Assembly: GCA_963826715.1 (NCBI GenBank)
Contig: CAWGYA010000002.1
Span: 416,001 to 480,000, forward strand
Direction: 5' to 3'
Length of the DNA: 64,000 bases
From: Candidatus Bathyarchaeota archaeon
GTDB lineage: Archaea > Thermoproteota > Bathyarchaeia > Bathyarchaeales > Bathycorpusculaceae
Of this stretch, positions 10,297-20,516 are shown in pieces. The notes beneath the pieces are model-generated. The model ran no database searches. It was not told the DNA's origin and was given only the letters and a program-made list of their open reading frames with translations. Position numbers and translations under genes: made by a program. How positions within the stretch are numbered: position 1 is the stretch's first letter; each line of letters opens with the position of its first letter.

Positions 10297-12420
10297 TTAG
10301 GTCTCCATGAATTTTTCTGGTTTTGGAACCTCCGGAACATAGCCTCTGCGTTCACGAAGCTGAGCAATGACTTCAGTGGCCTGTTTTGGTGGAAGCCGCG
10401 CCCAATGGTCAAAAAGCAATTGCCAGATGGCTTTTCCTGAGGTTGCAGAACGGAGTTCTTTGGAAAAACCGAAGGTTTCGGATACAGGAATAAAGCCAGT
10501 AATTTGAGTTTGGAGCCCTTTCTGCTCGAACTGGGTGACTTTGCCACGACGAGTACTAAGCATACGGATTGATTCACTTACGAGTTCCGTTGCCACGGTT
10601 AGTATGATTTTGTAGACAGGTTCTTGCAGGGTTGGGTTGGCAGTTAGGAAACTTGCGAACAATGCTTTGCCGACACCGTGCATTACTTCGGAGCTGCTGG
10701 GTTCGCCACTATCGAGTTCTAAATCAATAATATTAACTTTTAAGTGGCGTATGGGCTCGCCGCATAATGGACCAGCTTTACAGGCGTATTCAAAACCAGC
10801 GATCATGGCTTCCAAAACCTCTTGAGAAATCGTGTTGGTTTTGCAGTTGTAATCCACAAGCAAATTGCGATATTCATCAAAAGAAAGAATGGTACCTGAG
10901 TTTTCCTCCAAGGAGACGCCGTGTTCCATTTCAGGCTCAACCTCTATCCATAAGCGGGTATGCTTGTCAGGGCTCTTAGCGAATGCCACAATCCCATCTT
11001 TCTGAGCGCATTCCAAGTAGACGACTCGCGGAGACGAAACCGACAAATCTAATCCAGTTTTTTTAAGTTGCTTGAGGGCGATTTCCAGATGCAACTCACC
11101 CATGCCACTAAGCAGCACTTCGCCTGTTTGCTTATCCACTGATGCTTTAAGGTTAGGGTCTTCTAAAGCCAGCCGCGCAAGGTTCGTCTGCAGTACCTCT
11201 AAGTTCTGCGGGTTTTTGGGTTCAATCGCAAATGTTACCACCGGTTCGGAAACGTAACTTATTCTTTCAAATGGAACCATGTTGTCTTTATGGATGGCGT
11301 CGATAAGGGTCTCACCCGATATTATAGTCCCAGATAGTTTCAGGGTTGCTAGGTTACCCGCGGAAACTTCAAGCACCTCCTCACTTAATGCACCCATATC
11401 CACATAAACGGCTTTAACCTCTGATTCCCCGAGGGCATCTACCTGATGCAGCAATTGTGATTTTTGGATTTTCCCTGAAAAAACCCTGCCTGTCGCAAAC
11501 GTATCCCCGCTTTCTAAATCAGCACGAATATGAGTAATGAACATAATTGCTGGAGCATCGTCTGCGCAATCAAGCAGAATCTTGCCAATGGAGGAGTTTA
11601 TTTGCCCTTCCCATATTTTTTGGATACGATACGCCTGAGCCTGCCGAGGGTTTGGAATAGCTTTTATTGCCATCTCAAAAATAGCTTCGTAGACAGGCAA
11701 GGTTTTTTGCAGTTTTATGACTTCCCCGTTTAGGTGGGCGCGTATGATTTCGGAAAATTTGATATCATTCTTCATGGCCATCTCAAGTGTGAAGCCCCAG
11801 CCATGTAATGCGGAACCGAAAGCTACAGTAGCCGTTGAAGCGCTAACTTTCCATTGGCTCCGGAATGGTTTTTCAGCATAAAGCTCAATTTGGTCGTTAA
11901 AAGTGCTTATTATATGGTTCAGTTTCTTTTGAATTTGCTCTTCGTTTAGCTGAAGCTCTGTTATTAATCGATCCACCTTATTAATGAACAGGACAGGGCG
12001 AACGCGTTCTTCCAACGCTTGGCGAGTAAGGATTTCAGTTTGGGCCATAATCCCCTCAACAGCGTCCACCACTACTACGGCGCCATCAATTACACGGAGA
12101 GCACGCGTCACTTTACCAGTGAAATCGACATGTCCAGGAGTATCAACCAAGTTGATGATAAAAGGCTCAGCATTTTTGCTGTAAAGCAGAGTTATGTTGG
12201 CAGTTTTAATTGTGATTTTGCGTTTCTGCTCCTCAGCAAGGTAATCTAGGACTCTCGCTGTGCCGGCTGCCTGAAGGGAAAGCAACCCAGCGCCTGCTAA
12301 AAGGGAATCAGCCAAGGTGGTTTTGCCGTGATCTATATGCGCGATTATTCCTATGTTACGAATACACTCTTTGATACCCATGAGTGCCTGTATTTGGGGG
12401 ATTTGTTTAAACCGCGGCAT
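10297..12420 (-). CDS. translation elongation factor 2 paralog lacking the diphthamide motif
   Basis: AHIDHGKT, DTPGH, NKVD, GMGELHLE, LRSATSGKA; HEDxxHRG loop replaced by LELDSGEPSSSE. Confidence 0.9.
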   Translation of the reverse strand: MPRFKQIPQIQALMGIKECIRNIGIIAHIDHGKTTLADSLLAGAGLLSLQAAGTARVLDYLAEEQKRKITIKTANITLLYSKNAEPFIINLVDTPGHVDFTGKVTRALRVIDGAVVVVDAVEGIMAQTEILTRQALEERVRPVLFINKVDRLITELQLNEEQIQKKLNHIISTFNDQIELYAEKPFRSQWKVSASTATVAFGSALHGWGFTLEMAMKNDIKFSEIIRAHLNGEVIKLQKTLPVYEAIFEMAIKAIPNPRQAQAYRIQKIWEGQINSSIGKILLDCADDAPAIMFITHIRADLESGDTFATGRVFSGKIQKSQLLHQVDALGESEVKAVYVDMGALSEEVLEVSAGNLATLKLSGTIISGETLIDAIHKDNMVPFERISYVSEPVVTFAIEPKNPQNLEVLQTNLARLALEDPNLKASVDKQTGEVLLSGMGELHLEIALKQLKKTGLDLSVSSPRVVYLECAQKDGIVAFAKSPDKHTRLWIEVEPEMEHGVSLEENSGTILSFDEYRNLLVDYNCKTNTISQEVLEAMIAGFEYACKAGPLCGEPIRHLKVNIIDLELDSGEPSSSEVMHGVGKALFASFLTANPTLQEPVYKIILTVATELVSESIRMLSTRRGKVTQFEQKGLQTQITGFIPVSETFGFSKELRSATSGKAIWQLLFDHWARLPPKQATEVIAQLRERRGYVPEVPKPEKFMET

Positions 12421-12655
12421 ATATGACCCTGCTGAACAGGATTATGTGGCTATCTTGTGACTTTTATCTTTTTAATCTGAAAGGTAGTCTTTTCAAACCT
12501 ACAGGGAAATAATGGTCTATTTGGTTGGTATCGTCTGCTTCAAGCGAACCAGTCTTAAATTATCGAATACGTAAACCATCAATGCCTTTGAGGTAAAAGT
12601 TTTACCTTAACTTAAGCGGTTTAAGTTCCAGAATAATTTAGGACAATATGTTGGG

Positions 12656-13501
12656 TTGGGAATGAAATCTTTGGATAAAAAAGCCTTGATTTCATCGAAA
12701 AAGCTTTCTCTAATTAAAACTATGATTGACCCGAATAGCATGCCAAAATTCGCACAAATACATATAGAGGAGCTAAAGAAGGAACCCTATGCCTCAGTTG
12801 TTTGCTACCCCAAAGCCAGTCCCTATGAAATTCAGAGTCGTATTGAAGAACTGAAAAAACTTGGTGTTGAAGCGGTAGAGTTCTCTGGCAAGGCATCTGC
12901 TTTTACCCTTTCTGTACTTGGAAAAGGCTATGTGGGCATTGTTATTGTGGCACTTTTAGATGGGATGCGTTTTGCGCTCAAGATGCAGAGGGCGGATTCG
13001 GACCGCGAGAGTCTCGAGCGTGAAGCCGAACTGCTGAGTTTAGCTAACAGTGTTGGAGTTGGACCAAAGTTTGTGGCGGTTACTAAGAATTTTTTGTTAA
13101 TGCAACTAATTGATGGCGGTTTGTTTGAGCAATGGCTACAAACTAAAAGTGATCCCGAAGGGCTCCGCAGAGTTTTATTGGACATACTTGAGCAGTGTTG
13201 GCGCTTAGACGAAATCAGCCTTGATCATGGCGAACTAAGTAAAGCCCCCAAACACCTCCTCATGGATGTGGCGGATAATCCGTTTATTGTTGACTTTGAA
13301 ACCGCTAGCACAAATCGCAACGCCTCAAACGTTACATCGGTGTGCCAATTCCTGTTTCAGGGGAACAGCGAAGCCTGCCGGGCTATAGCACAAGTCATTG
13401 GGAAAAGAAACAGAACAGAATTTATTGCCGCATTGAGAAAATACCGAAAAGAGAGGAACCGTGCCGGATTTGACGAAATAGTGAGGCTGTGCCTTGAATA
13501 G
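12656..13501 (+). CDS. RIO-like atypical Ser/Thr protein kinase
   Basis: LGKGYVGIV, ALK, DHGELS, IVDFE; true start probably a downstream ATG. Confidence 0.85.
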   Translation: MGMKSLDKKALISSKKLSLIKTMIDPNSMPKFAQIHIEELKKEPYASVVCYPKASPYEIQSRIEELKKLGVEAVEFSGKASAFTLSVLGKGYVGIVIVALLDGMRFALKMQRADSDRESLEREAELLSLANSVGVGPKFVAVTKNFLLMQLIDGGLFEQWLQTKSDPEGLRRVLLDILEQCWRLDEISLDHGELSKAPKHLLMDVADNPFIVDFETASTNRNASNVTSVCQFLFQGNSEACRAIAQVIGKRNRTEFIAALRKYRKERNRAGFDEIVRLCLE

Positions 13502-13510
13502 AAAGGTTTG

Positions 13511-14596
13511 TTAGGCTACTACATCCTGTAACCGCTTTAGCTTGATTGCCTCTTTCAGCTCCAATGCGATGCGTCTACCCATGTACATGTTTTCGCCGTA
13601 CCGTAAATAAGCGTAGGGTGAAGTCCCTATTCCTACGTTGGTACCTGCCACAATGCGCGCGCTAATTTCAAATGTGAAAATTTTTGTTTCGTCCGTGATA
13701 ACTGTTTCGAGGCAGAATGGACCGATAATGCCAGGGGGAGATAGCTCACGGGCTTTTTTGTGTACGTTATCGCCCATTCGCATCATTTCTGGCAGAAGCG
13801 ACTCTCTAAGCACAATAGGGAAGTTACCAACGACCGTATAGGTGGGGTTGATGTCAATTTCGAGTTGTTGACTAGCGGGTATTTTGCCTATGCTATCCAC
13901 GGCGGATTCGTAGCGACGGTCCATAGCCAAAAGTTCTACGTCTTCACGTATAATGCTACTGAAGTAGCTTGGATACACATTAACCCCCAAAGCATACTCT
14001 TGTAAATGAACTGATTCGAGGTCAGCTTTGGAAAGTAAGCCACGTTTTATCATTTCATCTGCTTTCTTGTAAAATCCTGAGGGTGAATTAGCAAGGAAGT
14101 AACCTCTGCCACCCTTGGCGCCTTGAAGCTTAACAATTACGAGGCGATCGATATCTTCTGGCGACTTAAAGGTAATGGGTAGGAGCAGCCCAGATTGCCG
14201 GAGCCATTCTTCTTGGCTTTTGCGATTGGCCTCCCAATGGAGCAGCTGCCGGTTGCCGAACATAGGAACGTTTAGATTATCGGTTAATTGCTCTGTACTC
14301 AGATACGCTGTAAAACTGCCGTGAGGAATCAAAACAACGTTAAGTTCACGGAGACGCTTTTGCAGTTTTTCATTCATTAATTCAGTGAAGTCTTTAACTA
14401 TGATTAACTCATCCACCAACGGATACTTCTGGTACATGATGGCGTCCTTCTCTTTACAGATACACACTGTACGGAAACCTTCTTCCCTGGCGCCCTTGAA
14501 AATATTAAGTGAACTGTGCGAGCCCAAAGTGCCTATTGCAAGTTTTTGCTGGTCATATTTCTCGACTATTTTTCCAATATCTGAGTTGTCAATCAT
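13511..14596 (-). CDS. purP: formate-dependent FAICAR synthetase PurP (ATP-grasp)
   Basis: GSHSSL, GAKGGRGYF, PPGIIGPFCLE, FEISARIVAGTN. Confidence 0.92.
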   Translation of the reverse strand: MIDNSDIGKIVEKYDQQKLAIGTLGSHSSLNIFKGAREEGFRTVCICKEKDAIMYQKYPLVDELIIVKDFTELMNEKLQKRLRELNVVLIPHGSFTAYLSTEQLTDNLNVPMFGNRQLLHWEANRKSQEEWLRQSGLLLPITFKSPEDIDRLVIVKLQGAKGGRGYFLANSPSGFYKKADEMIKRGLLSKADLESVHLQEYALGVNVYPSYFSSIIREDVELLAMDRRYESAVDSIGKIPASQQLEIDINPTYTVVGNFPIVLRESLLPEMMRMGDNVHKKARELSPPGIIGPFCLETVITDETKIFTFEISARIVAGTNVGIGTSPYAYLRYGENMYMGRRIALELKEAIKLKRLQDVVA

Positions 14597-15697
14597 TTAG
14601 GTAACCACTTCAGCCAATCGGCGTTTACGAATTGCCCGTTTAATCTCCATAGCTACGCGTTTTCCAGGCCCAACCTCGATGCCGTACTTGTATTTCATGT
14701 AAGGTGAAGTGGGCTCTACACATGGGCAACCTGGCACTCGGGGGCTTACATCAAAGATGCGGAACTGCAAATCCTTCGTCACCGCACCTTGGAGAGCGAA
14801 AAGACCAATCATACCCGGCGGGAACTCTTTGCGGCAAATCTGCACCCAGCGTTCACCAGCTTCAAAGACTTTTTCAAGCTGACTTTCGCGCATGGTGACT
14901 CCCATATGTCCGATTTCAATGTTTTGGGTGGAAACATTGAGTTCCAGCTGTTCACGTGCGGGCAAATCCAGAACTCCGTCCAGATCGGTTTGTATGCGTC
15001 TATCAAATCCTAAAAGATCAATATCGTCGTTTAAAGGTGAATAGAAATAGTTAGCGTTGAATTTCGCACCCAACACATATTCTTCAATCACGGATTCTTC
15101 AAGCGCCTCACGGGTAATGATACCTGTTTTGATTCGTTTCTCTGCTTCCTTTTCGAATTCTTCGGGACTTGAAGCATAGAAGAATGCACGTTCAATTGTT
15201 CGTCCTGCTTCCGCAACCTTAACGATTACCGGGCAATCAATTTCTTGGGGAGATTTGAAGGCACGGGGGATAGCAATACCTGCCTCTTTTAAGAGCCAAA
15301 GCTGGTTTTTTGGTGCAGTGCGTTCTTCAGTTTTAAGAAGCCAACGGTTCCCCATAAGCGGTACTGTAAACTTCTGCTCAATTGCCTCGTAGCCCGTATA
15401 AACACTGAAGCTACGATTAGGCACAAAAATCGTGTTCAAATCCGTTAACGCTTTTATGGTTTCGGGGTTTGCGATGTCAGAGAATTTGTCGAGAAAAATG
15501 AATTTATCAAAGATGTTTGGGTAGTAACGAGCGTATGTTTTTTCGCGTCCATTCTGGCAGACAACGACGGTTTTGAAGCCTTCCTGTTTGGCACCTGAAG
15601 CAATCTCTAGAGCAGAATGTGAGCCTAATACACCTACATGTATTTTCTCTGGGTCATAATCCATCAGGACCTGTTTTATTTTATCTTGCATAATCAT
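14597..15697 (-). CDS. PurP-like ATP-grasp paralog
   Basis: GSHSALEI, ERAFF, DRRIQTDLDG, FDVSPRVPG. Confidence 0.88.
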   Translation of the reverse strand: MIMQDKIKQVLMDYDPEKIHVGVLGSHSALEIASGAKQEGFKTVVVCQNGREKTYARYYPNIFDKFIFLDKFSDIANPETIKALTDLNTIFVPNRSFSVYTGYEAIEQKFTVPLMGNRWLLKTEERTAPKNQLWLLKEAGIAIPRAFKSPQEIDCPVIVKVAEAGRTIERAFFYASSPEEFEKEAEKRIKTGIITREALEESVIEEYVLGAKFNANYFYSPLNDDIDLLGFDRRIQTDLDGVLDLPAREQLELNVSTQNIEIGHMGVTMRESQLEKVFEAGERWVQICRKEFPPGMIGLFALQGAVTKDLQFRIFDVSPRVPGCPCVEPTSPYMKYKYGIEVGPGKRVAMEIKRAIRKRRLAEVVT

Positions 15698-16752
15698 GGT
15701 TTTTCACCTATAAACTCCTGGTAATCATCAATCACTTTCGCAAGCATCGACACAGTAAAGATTTTTTTTCCACTCATTTCGTTTGCCACTGCCATGTACA
15801 TTTCACCTATTATTCTTTTAAGTTTGGGGTCAAGGGGGGGCGGCTGAGACTTACAAAGCAACTTCCAGTCCTGCACGCCTTTATCCTCCGCTTCCTTCTT
15901 AGCCTGCTCTAAATCACTATACCACATTGTTTTTTTGTAGAATTGCCTTGCCACTTCCTTGCTAACATGCACGCCAGCGAAGGTGAAACGACACTCATCC
16001 AGCGTACCCAAAACGTCAACAAGCATCAGTTGTCTTTTTTCGTCGAAAGCCAACTCGATTTTGCCGTCCTCGTTCTTAAGTTTAGCATTAGCTGCAGCTT
16101 CGGTAATGACTCCATCTGCCTTCAGGAGGATCGATTTAACATCTGCAAGCTCTTCTTTGGTTAATCCAGAGATTTTCTGCGCTTCTGCCCAAGTGACGTA
16201 CCTGTCTGTTTCTTCAAGTTTTGTACTTACATCAAAGATGGGTTTGTCTAAAGTTTCGCCTGGCTGTGGCTGATGGTCAAGCTCAAGATCAGCTAAGGTA
16301 ACTTTCCCCTGTGCAAGCCGCCTAAATACGGAGGATCCTTCAGGTAAACCGTTACGGTAAATAACTTCTAGTGGAATGAGGCAGTTTTTAACTGCTGACG
16401 TATAAATACTATAATCATGGAAAACTTTGCCGGCTTCGACGCTGGTTTTGGGTTTATACACATTAACTAAATCCACCTCCATTATGCTGGAGGGCTCATT
16501 TAGTTTGGAGAGTTTGACGGTTTTGCCTTGTGATGTTACTAAGCCGCGGTAATGGGTTTTCACACCCATTTTTTCCAGTTGTTCAAAACAATATGCACCC
16601 ATTAAGCAAAGCGCGGCACCCTTACCTTCGATGTGGTCGGGCATTTCCCCCCAGTCAAAAACACTGTAGCGGTCAGAAAAAAGGAATCTACCTTCGCCCA
16701 TGACGGTTTGGGTTGGTTTCTGGATTACTTGAAGATCTTTTACGCTGCCCAT
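15694..16752 (-). CDS. purC: SAICAR synthetase
   Basis: GSVKD, FSDRYSVFD, IPLEVIYRN, STKLE, DGKIE, DECR. Confidence 0.93.
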   Translation of the reverse strand: MGSVKDLQVIQKPTQTVMGEGRFLFSDRYSVFDWGEMPDHIEGKGAALCLMGAYCFEQLEKMGVKTHYRGLVTSQGKTVKLSKLNEPSSIMEVDLVNVYKPKTSVEAGKVFHDYSIYTSAVKNCLIPLEVIYRNGLPEGSSVFRRLAQGKVTLADLELDHQPQPGETLDKPIFDVSTKLEETDRYVTWAEAQKISGLTKEELADVKSILLKADGVITEAAANAKLKNEDGKIELAFDEKRQLMLVDVLGTLDECRFTFAGVHVSKEVARQFYKKTMWYSDLEQAKKEAEDKGVQDWKLLCKSQPPPLDPKLKRIIGEMYMAVANEMSGKKIFTVSMLAKVIDDYQEFIGEKP

Positions 16753-16908
16753 CTCTGTTGCCTCAGTGTTCTGTTTATCTGTTTTTGCCTTTATATCACT
16801 TTATCTGACCAAAAAAAGGGAAATAAACGCGGGAGCACACAAAAGTATTTATCCCCAATATTGTGGAATGAGCTAATACATTCAGGGGAGTACTAGGAGA
16901 GTGGAAAA

Positions 16909-18093
16909 ATGGATGCGCAAGAACAGTTAGCGATGACACAGACAAGGTTTACAACTTCTGTTTCGGCTCCATTAGAGGTACTTCCTAAAAGATGGTTTTG
17001 CACCGGAATTGAGGCTTCAGGTCGCACGGTTAGACAGGAAGCTGAGACGCCCGCCAACTTTTCCGAGATAATAAATCGATCAATCGTCGCTTGGGTTGAC
17101 TATATCACGGATGATCCAATCAAAGATTTGCCTCTTGCGGCTTCTCAATTAGGTTTCAGTGAGTCCTTCATCGCTAACCTATCATCATGTGACCAACTAA
17201 ATTACTCGGATTTTGACAATGAGATGTGGTTAACTTTTCCCGCTATTCAAATCCGAGGAACTGATGTCAAAACACATCCACTTGCTGTTTTGATTAGAAA
17301 GAATTTGATTTTCACTTTCCATATGCGTCTCGTAGATAAACGATTTCTTAGACTGAGAAGATATTCAGAGTCGATTCTAAGAAAAATACCAACAGACAGC
17401 AAATCAGAGGATCGACTGACAGTTCTATTATACCGAATCTTAGAGGCAAACAACGATAGCAACTTCAGGCATCTGCGGATGATCGAGGAGTTCGGCGACG
17501 AAATAAATCGTGAATTAATGGATCAAAATTTGGATAAAACCACTTTGGGACCAAAAATTTACGAAATGAAGCATGCACTAATTATATATATGAACGCGCT
17601 GTGGGAAAGCGTTGATGTTCTGCAAGGAATCCGTTATGGCGACGCTGAACTCTTAACCGACGACCCTAAAATAGTAAACCTTTTCGCTGGAATGGTGGAA
17701 CAAGTTAAGAGTCAAATAGGCTTATCCGAGCACATGTCCGAAGTTTTAGCCTCAGGCATAGAGGCGACTCAGACAATTTATAATAATCAGTTAACTATCG
17801 CAAACAATCAGCTAACCGTATCCAACAACAAATTAACATTGCTTAACAACCGTTTATCAAAAATAGTCGCCTATCTAACCATAATTGGAACAGCGATACT
17901 GATACCTAACACAATCGCAACGGTCCTTGGTAACTCAGTTTGGGTTTTGGGACCTGACTTCCTACCTTCATACATAGCACTTATGATTAGCGCCACAACA
18001 ATCGGTAGCATCCTAATGTGGATCTGGATTAAAAAATCAGGTTTAGTAATTGATGAACAAGAACACGAGGGAGAATGCAAACCATTAAATTAA
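16909..18093 (+). CDS. CorA-family divalent cation transporter (atypical GNS motif)
   Basis: CorA soluble-domain pattern, long stalk helix, two C-terminal TM helices. Confidence 0.8.
   Translation: MDAQEQLAMTQTRFTTSVSAPLEVLPKRWFCTGIEASGRTVRQEAETPANFSEIINRSIVAWVDYITDDPIKDLPLAASQLGFSESFIANLSSCDQLNYSDFDNEMWLTFPAIQIRGTDVKTHPLAVLIRKNLIFTFHMRLVDKRFLRLRRYSESILRKIPTDSKSEDRLTVLLYRILEANNDSNFRHLRMIEEFGDEINRELMDQNLDKTTLGPKIYEMKHALIIYMNALWESVDVLQGIRYGDAELLTDDPKIVNLFAGMVEQVKSQIGLSEHMSEVLASGIEATQTIYNNQLTIANNQLTVSNNKLTLLNNRLSKIVAYLTIIGTAILIPNTIATVLGNSVWVLGPDFLPSYIALMISATTIGSILMWIWIKKSGLVIDEQEHEGECKPLN
17782..17856 (+). repeat. degenerate 21-bp in-frame tandem repeat (NNxLTxx, about 3.5 units)
   Basis: AATAATCAGTTAACTATCGCA / AACAATCAGCTAACCGTATCC / AACAACAAATTAACATTGCTT / AACAACCGTTTA. 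Confidence 0.75.
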
Positions 18094-18145
18094 GCTCTCA
18101 ATAAGCGAGCAGTAGAAAAAAAAATCAGAACTGCATTTTTGCAAG

Positions 18146-18625
18146 TTACTTTATGTTTTTAACGGATTCGTTAGCCTTCTCGAGTTCGCGCTTCTTAGAG
18201 TCCTGATAACAAGAAACATTTTCCAATAGAGCCTTATCATACAAACCAAAAATCTTTGCTGTTGCAATGGCTGCGCCCTCAGGCTCAATCGTTACCACCG
18301 AGCCAATGCCGCTTGGCACTCGAAGCGAAGAGTAAATGTCGGCTCCACCATATTTGTCACTGTAAGGTGGACAGGCAATTACGGGTTTTGTGGTGTTGCC
18401 ATCGATGAAAGCGCTCAAAGCGTTTGAACGTCCGGCAACAGTTATGTAAACAACTTTTTGTATCTCAAATTCCTTGATGACCTCCAGCACTGTTTGGGGA
18501 GTTTTATGTGCGGAAGCCACGCGGAACTCAAAATCAACTCCTAAAAGCTTTAGATACTTGGCGATTTCACTGCAGAAATCCATGTCCCTTTCAGACCCCA
18601 TAACGATTACTGCTTTGCCGACCAT
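18146..18625 (-). CDS. purE: AIR carboxylase / N5-CAIR mutase
   Basis: MGSERD, SAHKTP, VAGRSNAL, PVIACP. Confidence 0.93.
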   Translation of the reverse strand: MVGKAVIVMGSERDMDFCSEIAKYLKLLGVDFEFRVASAHKTPQTVLEVIKEFEIQKVVYITVAGRSNALSAFIDGNTTKPVIACPPYSDKYGGADIYSSLRVPSGIGSVVTIEPEGAAIATAKIFGLYDKALLENVSCYQDSKKRELEKANESVKNIK

Positions 18626-18677
18626 TTCAATTCACATCTTAACGTAAACTATTATCAGGCTAATTAATTTATACAAG

Positions 18678-19238
18678 TTAAGGTTCACCAAAGAACCTTT
18701 GCTCAAAGCGCCTCATCCACGAAGGAGCCCTAACTAAAGAATATAACAACACACCAATTACACATACGGCAATAATAATTAAAACAGGCAAAAGCACAAA
18801 GACAACAGTTGGTGCACCCTCCAATAAGGATATGTAACCAATGTAAATCCATAAAGCCAAAAAAACTACCATCATAGCGATACTGATCAGAAGAAATGCT
18901 TTGATTATTGGCTGAAGACTGTACTTCTGAGATAAAACAGCAATTTTTACGTATTTTTCATCTTCAGGAGTTGATCTCTGCTCAACAAGATTAAGGTGCT
19001 CAACTGTTTTTTTCCCAAAAGGTGACAAAACATAGTAACCAGAATTAGTTTTCTCCAGAACGCCCTTAAGCTGGTCTAAATGGTAGTTTAATTTTCCAGT
19101 GGACAAACCAAGCCCTGTAATAAGCTCAGTGTAGGAAACTCCCCCACTTTTGGACTGCACAATCCGAATTATCAAACGACGAGTCGGATGCGCCAACCCC
19201 TGAAAAACTATAGATTCAATCTGCTCATTTTTACTCAA
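18678..19238 (-). CDS. ArsR-like winged-helix protein with two C-terminal TM helices
   Basis: LAHPTRRLII...STGKLNYHL, then two hydrophobic segments. Confidence 0.8.
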   Translation of the reverse strand: MSKNEQIESIVFQGLAHPTRRLIIRIVQSKSGGVSYTELITGLGLSTGKLNYHLDQLKGVLEKTNSGYYVLSPFGKKTVEHLNLVEQRSTPEDEKYVKIAVLSQKYSLQPIIKAFLLISIAMMVVFLALWIYIGYISLLEGAPTVVFVLLPVLIIIAVCVIGVLLYSLVRAPSWMRRFEQRFFGEP

Positions 19239-19533
19239 TTACTGCACCGCAAAACTCATTTCGCTTCAATCGTTTAAAACCTTTTTAACAATTTTTACTT
19301 GACAAATTTCCTGCGATATTGGCACCGCAATTTATGCGCAATATATATTTTCCAAAAAGTGATGTAGAAATATCGTTTAATGTGAAGTTTAAAATCAACC
19401 CAGATATTGAAAAAGTTAGGGCAGGACAAGTATTATCAACAACTGAAGCTTAAAGTCGGAAACCCTGAGGCAAAGACCTTTAAAACTCAACAGAGTCAAT
19501 TCAGAAAAGACAACTTGCTGCTGACTACGTTCT

Positions 19534-20019
19534 CTAATCCAAAAGATCCAGAAGAATCGCTGTTAACTTATCCGTCACCAACTGCAAAACATCACTTAAG
19601 CCTTCGCCAAAATTCGTGATCTTTGGCTCAATGAGTAGCAACGAAATTTTGGCACCAGTTGTTGCCTTTACATATTCGCAAAAGACCCTCAGGGGCAATA
19701 CATGTGAAGAAACTGGGGAGAAAATTGAGATCTTATCAGCGTCAAACAGGTTTACTTCTCCTGCAGCGAAGCCCAAAAGGGCAGAATCAATTAGCAGCAC
19801 ATGAGATGGTTGGAATTGCTCTATTTCTAATAGGTGACTTTCTGGAACAGTTTCGCATTCCAAAATACAAACGTTTTTGCGGACTTTTCCCGTCAAGTTT
19901 TCTGCAATTTTAAGTCCCACATAATCGTCGGTTCGAATGGGGTTACCGATTCCAGCTACAACAATTTTTTTCGCTTCCACTAACCATTCTTGAAGTTCTT
20001 GCTTCAGGTTATTAGCCAT
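19534..20019 (-). CDS. hycI: hydrogenase maturation endopeptidase (HycI family)
   Basis: GIGNPIRTDDYVG, ETVPE, LIDSA, SSHVLP. Confidence 0.9.
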   Translation of the reverse strand: MANNLKQELQEWLVEAKKIVVAGIGNPIRTDDYVGLKIAENLTGKVRKNVCILECETVPESHLLEIEQFQPSHVLLIDSALLGFAAGEVNLFDADKISIFSPVSSHVLPLRVFCEYVKATTGAKISLLLIEPKITNFGEGLSDVLQLVTDKLTAILLDLLD

Positions 20020-20060
20020 TTATGCACCCGTATAGAAACTGAACCCTAAACCAAAAAAGC

Positions 20061-20426
20061 TTATCCTTGAGCCTTTTTTTCCAATTGAGGTGGCTTTCTA
20101 TGTGCATCCCAAACATGATGTAAAGCTAAACTAGGATGATGTAAAAGCATCCTTGGACCAGCATAACGCATAACGATTTTTGCTTTTTGTTTCATATCAG
20201 CACGGTAGCAGTGGACGATGCATTTTCCGCATGTACTCTTTTTTTCTTGGAAAGGGCACTTGTCGAGACGCAAAAAAGCATATTCTTTAAACTGTTCACA
20301 CTCTGGACATAACTCGCCTTTGTTGACACTATGGTGGTTTTTGCAATAAATTTCAACCATGTAGCCTATGGTTTTTTTTTCGCGTTTCATCCGTTTGTGG
20401 GTGGGGTTTGGTGGTTGCGGCTGCAT
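20061..20426 (-). CDS. YgbA-like (nitrous oxide-stimulated promoter family) cysteine-rich protein
   Basis: REKKTI, LCPEC, RLDKCP, CGKCIVHCY, MRYAGPRML. Confidence 0.85.
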   Translation of the reverse strand: MQPQPPNPTHKRMKREKKTIGYMVEIYCKNHHSVNKGELCPECEQFKEYAFLRLDKCPFQEKKSTCGKCIVHCYRADMKQKAKIVMRYAGPRMLLHHPSLALHHVWDAHRKPPQLEKKAQG

Positions 20427-20516
20427 ATCAATCGATACATAAAAGTGGTCCGTTTTACATAAGCATTAGCCCTAACTAATCAGGGTTTTCTAATTAGAAA
20501 AAAGAAAATAGTTAAT

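Noticed and set aside
10297-12420. Canonical fusA/EF-2
   Set aside because: No diphthamide His loop and no rps7/rps12 neighbours
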